Source: Clostridia bacterium (GTDB lineage Bacteria; Bacillota; Clostridia; Oscillospirales; CAG-272). From it: a stretch of DNA of 64,000 nucleotides. Positions 56,419 through 64,000 of the stretch are shown here, piece after piece. Location: positions 6,981 through 70,980 of the forward strand of contig JAFTJE010000017.1 in the NCBI GenBank assembly GCA_017456545.1, in the 5' to 3' direction. The first letter of the stretch is position 1. Every line of letters starts with the position of its first letter. A program made the translations under genes and the position numbers. Below the pieces are notes generated by a model, which did not search any database, was not told where the DNA came from, and worked only from the letters and a program-made list of their open reading frames with translations.

Positions 56419-56508
56419 ATTATAAACTGCCACCGGGTAGGAATGTATTGATGCATTCGTTGTGCTTCGTTAGGTCATTGAAGAAGCACATCGGATGCTT
56501 ATTTTTTT
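56419..56508 (+). promoter_or_regulatory. pnuC leader with terminator/antiterminator alternative (candidate riboswitch or attenuator)
   Basis: The terminator pairs GCATTCG (56453-56459) plus GTGCTTC (56462-56468) with GAAGCAC (56483-56489) plus CGGATGC (56492-56498). TTATTTTTTT follows, immediately before RBS GGAGG. The competing hairpin GAATG (56441-56445) / CATTC (56454-56458) uses the left arm of the terminator. Confidence 0.6.
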
Positions 56509-56517
56509 GGAGGTCAA

Positions 56518-57225
56518 ATGAACAAAATAAAAAAGCTTTTTCTGTCCCTTACTCTGTTCGAAAGGCTGCTATGGTCCATATCGGTTTCAAGCGTAATTAT
56601 ATCATTTTTCGCTTTCGGCTCTGATAATGCTTTCACCTTGATTGCATCTGTAATAGGTCTTACCGCCCTGGTCTTTTGTGCAAAGGGTCATCCTGTAGGG
56701 CAGGTGCTGATTATTGCATTTTCTGTATTCTACGGCATAGTATCCTTTGGTCAGAGATATTACGGAGAAATGATTACATATCTTGGAATGAGCACCCCAA
56801 TGGCTGTAATGGCACTTGTATCGTGGTTAAGGAACACAGTTGGCGACAGCCAAGAGGTTAAGGTTAATAAATTGACAAAAAAGCATATAACGGTAGTATT
56901 TTTACTGTCCTTTTTAGTATCCGTAGGCTTTTATTTTATTCTTGAAGCTCTCGGCAATGCCAGCCTTATTACAAGCACCGTTTCAGTCTTTACCAGCTTT
57001 TTGGCAGCAAGTCTGACCTTTTTACGCAGCCCATTCTACGCCCTGGCGTACGCATCTAACGATATAGTGCTCATTGTTCTTTGGATAATTGCCTCGGTAA
57101 AGGATATATCGGGTATTCCTATGGTAATATGCTTTACTATGTTTCTTATAAACGATATGTACGGATTTATCAATTGGCAAAGGATGAAAAAAAGGCAGCA
57201 ATTGTTTTTTGACGAAGATTTATAA
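56518..57225 (+). CDS. pnuC: Nicotinamide riboside transporter PnuC family
   Basis: 235 aa with ~7 hydrophobic spans and the C-terminal box NDMYGFINWQRM typical of PnuC. Confidence 0.75.
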   Translation: MNKIKKLFLSLTLFERLLWSISVSSVIISFFAFGSDNAFTLIASVIGLTALVFCAKGHPVGQVLIIAFSVFYGIVSFGQRYYGEMITYLGMSTPMAVMALVSWLRNTVGDSQEVKVNKLTKKHITVVFLLSFLVSVGFYFILEALGNASLITSTVSVFTSFLAASLTFLRSPFYALAYASNDIVLIVLWIIASVKDISGIPMVICFTMFLINDMYGFINWQRMKKRQQLFFDEDL

Positions 57226-57232
57226 ATAAAAA

Positions 57233-57257
57233 AATGCGACACAGGGTCGCATTTTTT
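57233..57257. terminator. Bidirectional intrinsic terminator
   Basis: AATGCGAC ACAGG GTCGCATT flanked by an A-run and a T-run, between convergent genes. Confidence 0.8.
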
Positions 57258-57897
57258 ATTTTATCGGGTATATTGTACTTGTGTCAAATATGCTTACTAT
57301 TTCTTCCTTATGCTTAAGAGCCTCATAGCTGTACTTATCCTTGCTTACGGTTCTTGTACTATATGTTTCGATTCCGTTTTTTCTTATATGACGGTACTGT
57401 ATATAAACTGTATTATTGTTATTCAAAAGCTTTTTGTAAAAATCAACTGCTTTTTTCTTGCTTATAACATCGAAGAAAAGCTCGTTTATGTAGACAAAGC
57501 ATTTTTTTCTCACACAAAAGCTATCCACCACAAAATGGTCAGCCACTCTCATCACCGCAGTTATACTCTCATAATCCATCTTATCCTTAAGCTCGGGGTC
57601 GTCGCAAAACGGAATAGCATCCTTGACACAATCAAAGGTAGAGAGAAGCTCGGATACGGCATCCATACACATTTCCACACTAAGTGCCCTTCCCCTGTGC
57701 TCCTTGAATACGGGCTGAATAACATCTGCCGCTGTATACTTGTCCTTCTTTTCCGTTTCCAAAAATTTATCAACTATTATTTCGGCTTCCTTACTGTATC
57801 CAGTCTCCTCAAGCTCATTTTGAGAAAGGAAGCACGGATTTATATCATTCAGCTCCTCGGTATAGAATTTAATAATCGGTTCTCTAAAGCGTTTCAT
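57256..57897 (-). CDS. Hypothetical cytoplasmic protein (213 aa)
   Basis: ORF with RBS AAAAGGAGTG and its own consensus promoter. I see no recognisable motifs and no TM span. Confidence 0.6.
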   Translation of the reverse strand: MKRFREPIIKFYTEELNDINPCFLSQNELEETGYSKEAEIIVDKFLETEKKDKYTAADVIQPVFKEHRGRALSVEMCMDAVSELLSTFDCVKDAIPFCDDPELKDKMDYESITAVMRVADHFVVDSFCVRKKCFVYINELFFDVISKKKAVDFYKKLLNNNNTVYIQYRHIRKNGIETYSTRTVSKDKYSYEALKHKEEIVSIFDTSTIYPIK

Positions 57898-57919
57898 TTA
57901 TTATCACTCCTTTTAATGT

Positions 57920-57948
57920 ATTATAGCATAGAAAATAAGCTTTTTCAA
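57920..57948 (-). promoter_or_regulatory. Sigma-A promoter of the 213-aa hypothetical gene
   Basis: On the minus strand: TTGAAA (57943-57948), 17-nt spacer, TATAAT (57920-57925) preceded by TGc. Confidence 0.7.
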
Positions 57949-57994
57949 TACTCTGTGCCACAACGGTGTCAAGACTGTTGTGGCACAAAGCTTA

Positions 57995-58927
57995 CTAATG
58001 TATGTCTATTTCTGTAAGAGTATCTCCATCCGTATCCATACTGAACATATCTATGCGTGATGTATCCATGCTTCCGTAGGTGCGAAAATAATATATACAT
58101 TCTCTTGCATCTATTACAGACTGATAAAGGGTATAATGCTCCCTTCCCTCATCTGTCAGCACGCAGCCCTTGGGAACAGCTACAGAATCCAAAATACGCA
58201 TCATTTGGAATAGCTCCTCCCCCTTCTCCCATTTGGAAAATCTCTTTATAAACGCTGCCCTATTAAATCTGGAAATCGAGGAATAATCTCCCGGCAGACC
58301 GTAGGCACCGAGCCCCAGACTATATGGCTTTACGATGGAGAGCCCATCCGACCTTATACGGTTGATTAATGCTCCGTAATTGGATATGAGGGTGAGCTGT
58401 GTATCAAATCCCGGATTGTTTGTAACCACTCCTGTGGGGTTTTTGTATATTCTGCTCCCTTCTCTTACGCTTTCATATACTATAGAGCCCCTTTTATCAG
58501 CTATATGAAAATGTAACTGTGGAAGGGGTACATCCTTATTAAACGGAGTTGAAATAAGATTTACCCTCTTTAGCTTTGATATGACATCCGATATGGTTTT
58601 ACAGGTGGAAAGAAGCCAAGGAATAAGCTCATACGGAGCAATATTATCCTTATTTCCGTTCTCCCTCCAATAACAGGCATTACCAACAAAGTTAAGACCT
58701 GCTACGCAAAGTCCGAATTCATTTACCGCCTCGGCAAAAAGAGGATATCCGTCTATTACCGTGCCTATACCCATAAAGGCGAAATGATGATTACTGCCCT
58801 TACACATTTTATATGAAACAGGATATGCCCTCGGGACAAGAATCAGCCTTTCTCCAAATCCCTCCTCTATATCCATATTCCTGCCAAAAATCAATCCATC
58901 CCCGTTCTTAGCTACTGTGGTACACAT
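57995..58927 (-). CDS. Choloylglycine hydrolase family (bile salt hydrolase / penicillin V acylase-like Ntn hydrolase)
   Basis: 310 aa. It starts MCTTVAKNGDGLIFGRNMD (nucleophile Cys2, RNMD box). Confidence 0.85.
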   Translation of the reverse strand: MCTTVAKNGDGLIFGRNMDIEEGFGERLILVPRAYPVSYKMCKGSNHHFAFMGIGTVIDGYPLFAEAVNEFGLCVAGLNFVGNACYWRENGNKDNIAPYELIPWLLSTCKTISDVISKLKRVNLISTPFNKDVPLPQLHFHIADKRGSIVYESVREGSRIYKNPTGVVTNNPGFDTQLTLISNYGALINRIRSDGLSIVKPYSLGLGAYGLPGDYSSISRFNRAAFIKRFSKWEKGEELFQMMRILDSVAVPKGCVLTDEGREHYTLYQSVIDARECIYYFRTYGSMDTSRIDMFSMDTDGDTLTEIDIH

Positions 58928-59055
58928 ATTTAATACTCCTTAAATAATTTTTTATAATGTTTACATTTTTATTTATTTTTATACTCACAGGTGCTTTTGT
59001 GGAATACTTTTTGTTTTTATATCATAAAATAAAAAATAAAAACAGGAGGAAAATT

Positions 59056-59529
59056 ATGTGTAAAAGAGTAAAAATATATATAGTATCAATATTGATAGCC
59101 TTGGGCACAGGGGCACTGTCTGCCTCCTTAGTCAAGGACAGTATAGATATATACGGAAAAATAAATAGGCCTCCCCTTTCCCCTCCGTCAATTCTCTTCC
59201 CTATTGTATGGACAATTTTGTATGTGCTTATGGGTATTAGCTCGGCTATGATTTACGAAAGAAGAAGCAACCGTATCACAGAATCTCAAAACGCCCTGTC
59301 TCTTTACGGTGCAAATCTTATTGTAAATTTTACATGGAGCATAATATTTTTTGGATTTAACAAATATATTTTTTCCTTCATCTGGTTATTGTTTCTCTTG
59401 TTTATTATTATACAAATGATTCTATCCTTCAAAAAGCTGTATGCTCCTGCAGCATATTTGCAAATCCCCTATGCTGTATGGGTCGCCTTTGCAGGATATC
59501 TTAATCTGGCAATTGCCATACTGAACTAA
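59056..59529 (+). CDS. tspO: TspO/MBR tryptophan-rich sensory protein
   Basis: I place the start at ATG 59056 (MCKRVKIYIV...) behind RBS AGGAGG. It has five hydrophobic spans and the boxes PPLSPPSILFPIVWTILYVLMG and IPYAVWVAFAGYLN. Confidence 0.85.
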   Translation: MCKRVKIYIVSILIALGTGALSASLVKDSIDIYGKINRPPLSPPSILFPIVWTILYVLMGISSAMIYERRSNRITESQNALSLYGANLIVNFTWSIIFFGFNKYIFSFIWLLFLLFIIIQMILSFKKLYAPAAYLQIPYAVWVAFAGYLNLAIAILN

Positions 59530-59583
59530 AAAATCGACACAGGGTCGCCCGAAACATAGTCTTAGATTATTTTTGAAATAAAA

Positions 59584-59624
59584 AGAGGACAGAGAATCTT
59601 TGAAGATTCTCTGTCCTCTTTTTT
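59584..59624. terminator. Bidirectional intrinsic terminator
   Basis: 16-bp stem AGAGGACAGAGAATCT / AGATTCTCTGTCCTCT around a short loop (the flanking T and A could extend it), with A-run and T-run flanks. Confidence 0.85.
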
Positions 59625-59702
59625 GTTGATGGAAAATTTTATTATGCCAAATACCATGCTAAAGTAGTATCAGCTTACTGCTGATTTTTGTATCCTACCT
59701 TT

Positions 59703-62700
59703 TTAATAAGCCTTCAGCTTTCCTGCCCCGACTAAATATTCCTGCCAATACTCACAGGAGCAATTATAAAAATAATCGTATGATTCATAAGGAGCATATG
59801 CTCCGAAATACCTGTTATCCCAGCTTCCTCCAAAGACATCACTGCCCAACGCAGGCTTAATATCTGAAATAAAAATTACCGTGGTAAGATTGTCACAGGT
59901 GTTAAAGGCACTGTCTCCTATAGAGGTTACTCCCTCTCCCAGATATATTGTCTCAATATCATTACAATCATAAAACGCAAGCTCTCCTATAGGCTTGTTA
60001 ATATAGAGAACTGTATCTGTACATGAGCCAAGACCTACTACAACTCCATTTTCAATAATCAGCCCTGTGCTTTCATTTGGAATATCCAATTCAATCCATT
60101 TTGCATAAAGCTTAGTACCTTCTGTACTGTAATATGGGAATTCCACAGTACTTCCACTAAGCTCCGGGTTGTCATACCAGCCCTCAAGGATGAAGCCATC
60201 CTTTCTTGACACGGGAGAAAACAATATCGCATAATCACTTATGCTGTCTACACTGCTACCACCGTTTGTCTCAAATTCATATTCATTTATTCTTGCTCCG
60301 ATAGCCACAGTGCACCCGTCCGGATTCCATTCCGGATGCCAGCCTTCCGGGATTTCGCTGTTCTCAACAAGTATAATCAAGCTATCACATCCAATGAATG
60401 CTTCACTTTCAACCAACAATACAGATGAAGGTATCAGTATTTCCTTCAGTGCATTACATTCTCTGAATGCATTTGTTTTGATTGTAAGAATTTCATCAGA
60501 GATAATCACCTCTTGCATTGATGTACATCCTGAAAACACATCCTTTTCTATAACAATAACATTAGAGGGGAATCGGAATGACTCAAGAGATTTACAGTCT
60601 ATAAAGGCTCCCTCTCCTATTCTCGACACTCTGCTGTTTTCTCCAAAGATAACTGTTTTCAAATTGTAGCAGTCTCTAAATGCCATATAATCTATAAATG
60701 TTACACTGTCAGGAATGAATATGCTTTCCAGAGATGTACAGCCTATAAAGGTTCTGTCTCCTATACCGTTAATTTTTGTATTCGGGTCAATTATAATATC
60801 CTTAAGTCCGATACAATTTTCAAAAGCGTATTCACCCAATTCTTCAAGACCGGAGGGGAAATTTATTCTTTCGAGTGAAACGCAATCATGGAATGCTTCT
60901 CTCGATAATATCTCTACGCCGTCAGCCAAATGCACATATTTTAATCTTATGCATCCATAAAAGGCATTATTGCCAATTGACTCTCCGAGAATATATACCT
61001 CCTCAATATTTATATTTCCGTTAAACGCATCGCTGGCAATAGGCTTGTCAATAAATATAATTTTATCCGCACAGCTTCCTATACCGGTTATATATCCATT
61101 ATCGACCTCCAGGCCAAGAGTAGGAGCCCATGTGCTGATTGTAGCTACCTCTGTATGAGGGCCGGCTCCGTCATTCAGATCATATCTGTATGTAACCTTG
61201 ACAGTGTATTCTTTTCTGGATGTAGGAATAGGAATCTCTACTCTATCTCCCATCTCGCCTGTGGCTATTTCATTATCACCGTCAAACATCTTGATGGATA
61301 GGATTTCACATATATCCGGGTTGTCTGCGATGGATAGTACAAAGGAAAAGCTTGTTCCGTTATTTTTATAATCCGTAAAATTAATTGTTGGTACAGGCTC
61401 AGCATCTGTTGTTACATCCAATATCCTTACAACAGTCTTTTCCCCTTCGCCGTTGTTCAAATCATATACATATGTTGCCCTGACAGTATATGCGGTTCCA
61501 GAGAGAAGATTTATAAACTCACCGGATACTTCACCCTCCAAAGCTGCCACAGTATTATTGTCACGAAGTAATTCCACTCTTACTATGCTTCCTACTCCGT
61601 CTGTATCGGATTCACTGACCGAGAAGCTTATACTGTTCTTTGATTTTGAGGGTGATGTAACCTGAATGTCAGGTACGGCTTTAGCATCTGTTGTTACATC
61701 CAGTGTCCTTATAACAGTTTTTTCTCCATCACCGTTGTTCAAATCATATACATATGTTACCCTGATAGTCTATACGGTTCCCGAGAGAAGATTTATAAAC
61801 TCACCGGATACTTCACCCTCCAAAGCTGCCACAGTATTATTGCCACGAAGTAATTCCACTCTTACTATGCTTCCTACTCCGTCTGTATCGGATTCACTGA
61901 CCGAGAAGCTTATACTGTTCTTTGATTTTGAGGGTGATGTAACCTGAATGTCAGGTACGGCTTTAGTCTTTGTTTCGAACTCGAGCTTTATTGTCTCACC
62001 GACACCACCGTTTTCATACATTACAACCAATGTATATCTTGTGTCGGATAAAAGTCCGTCTATACTAAGTGCATTTGTCGGGATATCCTTTACTTTATCA
62101 TCACCACTGTAAAGGCTTGCGGATTTAATTACCCTTTCGGTAATACCGTTGTACCATACATACTCAAATGATGCTCCACCTGATGTGACCTCTACATTAT
62201 CAAAAAGCAAGGGGGCCTTTGTATAAAACGCATCCGTCAGATAGGTATATGCACATACACCCTCTCCGTCAAGCTTATCATAAATAAATACTATAGCATA
62301 CTGGTAAAGAGTGTTTGACTTTAATCCCGTAAATGTAATTTCCTGATTGGGCACGGTGATATCAACTGTGCTTACTATAGATTCTCCGTCGTACAATATT
62401 GCCTGTACTTTACCGTTGCTCAATCCGATAAGACCTAACTCATCTGTTATGCTTGCCTTGAATGAAACAGAATTAATAGCTATATTTCGATTTGATAATA
62501 TTGCACCGGGCTGATTATCCGAATAGATACCTACGGATACAGTCTTGTCACCCTCCATCTTAACATCCTTGATTTCGGTGCCGTCAATATACTTTATCTG
62601 ATCCACGGTATAATCAATAACACCGCTGGCTTCCCCTACATTAACCTTCAAAATAAGGTTTTCGAGGTCGGAGCCATATTCAAACATGTAAGAGGTATAT

Positions 62701-63245
62701 TTTTTGCCGTTAAGCGTAAAGGACAGTATCTCAAAGCCGTCGGGGTTGTCAATGTGCACGGTAATGTATATATCGTCCCCCGGCTTAGCGTAATACATTT
62801 CATTTTTACCGGATTGTGTAACTGTTGAGGAAACCACCTCATCTATAGGCTTCCTGCCGTCTCCAAAGGGTGAGTCCTTATTTATTTCTCCGTTTGGCAC
62901 AAGGTCTCCGTTGCAGAAGCCTCCACCACTGTTACCTGTTGACAGTAATGTTGAGGATGCTGTGCCTTCTACTGTATTAGTTCCGTTTCCAAGCATTGGA
63001 TTAGTGTCGGAAATACTCATACCCGTATAAATCGGTATCTGCTTTGGTGTATCCGAGTTGAAGAACAGTATGCCACTAAATACCATTATTACCATTGCAG
63101 CCAAGGAGCCTATTGCAATAAGCTTTTTCCGAAAGGATACCTTAGGCCTTCTTAAAAGCCTGTCTCTCTCCTTTGATGCTCTATCTATTATTTCATCATC
63201 TATGCTTGAAACGACATTAATCTTAAAGCTGTCGTTATTCTTCAA
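59703..63245 (-). pseudogene. Membrane-anchored repeat/LRR surface protein (anti-sigma-like position) interrupted by one in-frame TAG
   Basis: ORFs 61770-63245 and 59703-61742 are in the same frame, since 61772 minus 61742 is 30. The only break is TAG (complement of 61770-61772). The combined 1180 codons give a cytoplasmic N-terminus, a TM (LIAIGSLAAMVIMVFSGILFF), several ~94-aa Ig/FN3-like repeats, then BspA-type LRR units (IPDSVTFIDYMAFRDCYNLKTVIF...). The downstream ORF start in the track is a TTG inside the repeat. Confidence 0.7.
61385..61966. repeat. Tandem duplication, 282-bp period (94 codons), inside the LRR gene
   Basis: 61451-61684 and 61733-61966 are near-identical, with 6 differences in 234 nt. 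Five of the six fall in 61477-61500 / 61759-61782. The flanking parts of each unit are more diverged. Confidence 0.9.
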
Positions 63246-63837
63246 AGCCGTACCCCTCCCTTCTGAGTTGCTCCTTCAGCCCCATGCGAATTTCTCCGAG
63301 ATCACGGTAAACAGTATTTTCACTGACTCCCAGCATCCTTGCAATATTCGATATTTTATCCGCATAGTAGTAACGGCATATAAAAATCAATTCCTTGCGT
63401 CTTGGCAAAGATTTAAGATATGTATTGAGTATTTCAACCACTCTGGCTGTTAAATACTCATCCTCAGCAGAGGAATTCGTACTTATGCATTCACCCAGCT
63501 CATCAAGAGATACCTGAAATTCAGAGGGTATCCTTTTTTGTGCCGAATTTTTTCTAAAACGGCTTACAGCAATGTTTCTGACTATCTTAGCCAAGAATAC
63601 ACGAAAGATATTGGGCCTCTCGGGTGGTATCCTGTTCCATGTGCCAAGGTATGTATCATTAACACACTCTTCGCAATCAAGCCTGTTATTAACAATATTG
63701 TTAGCAATTTTGAAAAGATAATTGCCATACTTTTTGTCAGTCTCCAGTATAGCGTTTTCATCTCTTTTCCAATACATATCTATAATCTGCTCATCGGTCA
63801 AGGCTGTTATATTAGTCTGTTTTTCTTTGTTATTCAT
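63235..63837 (-). CDS. ECF-like sigma-70 family RNA polymerase sigma factor
   Basis: 200 aa with a region 2-like part (YGNYLFKIANNIVNNRLDCEECVNDTYLGTW). The region 4 HTH is ELIFICRYYYADKISNIARMLGVSENTVYRDL. RBS GAGGA. It overlaps the downstream membrane protein gene by 11 nt. Confidence 0.85.
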   Translation of the reverse strand: MNNKEKQTNITALTDEQIIDMYWKRDENAILETDKKYGNYLFKIANNIVNNRLDCEECVNDTYLGTWNRIPPERPNIFRVFLAKIVRNIAVSRFRKNSAQKRIPSEFQVSLDELGECISTNSSAEDEYLTARVVEILNTYLKSLPRRKELIFICRYYYADKISNIARMLGVSENTVYRDLGEIRMGLKEQLRREGYGFEE

Positions 63838-64000
63838 TTTGTCCTCACAATATTTGTTATTTTCTCAAATATATAAGTCGCAAAAAACCAGCTTTTCTCA
63901 CACGATTTTACAAAAATGTTTAATATATTATGTATTTTACCATATCAGAGACTTTTATTAAACCCCCACGGCGTTTTTTATCTAAAAAAATACCCCGTAA

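Noticed and set aside
61770-61772. TAG as pyrrolysine or programmed read-through
   Set aside because: TAG is an ordinary stop for 9509-10270 in the same window. No pyl genes or downstream recoding structure are visible, and the sister repeat simply has TAT. Nonsense mutation, assembly error or recombinational switching are more economical explanations.
1-64000. CRISPR arrays, prophage or transposon content, rRNA/tRNA genes
   Set aside because: There are no short regularly spaced repeats. The only tandem repeat (282 bp) is coding. I saw no integrase, transposase, capsid or terminase-like ORFs, and no tRNA-like cloverleaf in the intergenic regions inspected by eye. A tRNAscan run would be the proper check.

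Overview
All calls are made by eye from the sequence and the ORF track; no searches were run. The window looks like a low-GC Firmicute (Clostridia-like) chromosome. Evidence is spoVG, SipW-type peptidases, BspA-type LRR proteins, AGGAGG-type RBSs and sigma-A-like TTGACA-17-TATAAT promoters. Most of it is housekeeping: PTS EIIA/EIICB, trxA, rmuC, rbfA-nrnA-truB, nrdR, hisS-aspS, spoVG, murC, hslO, trmO, rbsK, an EF-G paralog, cysE, holA, dxs, a GH2/MFS sugar cluster, pnuC, a bile-salt-hydrolase-family gene and tspO. The stand-out is a 10-gene minus-strand accessory locus (4591-15673). It encodes two SipW-type (Sec11-like) signal peptidases and four small proteins with SipW-dependent-type signal peptides ending in [FLM]A[KR]Y[TY]. 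It also encodes a subunit-like protein with membrane anchors at both ends and a 1637-aa Gly-rich beta-helix-like secreted protein. There is no sortase or LPXTG. I read it as an expanded, pilus-like TasA-superfamily fibre system that I do not recognise as described. Other points of interest:
- a membrane protein plus two MutS-domain-V ATPases in one operon, both ATPases with Walker B Asp replaced by Asn;
- a candidate cobalamin riboswitch ahead of a transcobalamin-like (DUF4430) lipoprotein;
- a terminator/antiterminator leader ahead of pnuC;
- an ECF-like sigma factor coupled to a ~1180-codon LRR membrane protein, split by one in-frame TAG inside a near-identical 282-bp tandem duplication;
- a 1022-codon open-ended LRR gene at the window start that the ORF track misses;
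- an NhaC transporter with a Cys-rich N-terminal module;
- three pairs of near-identical terminator hairpins.
No rRNA, tRNA, CRISPR array, transposase or integrase was seen.
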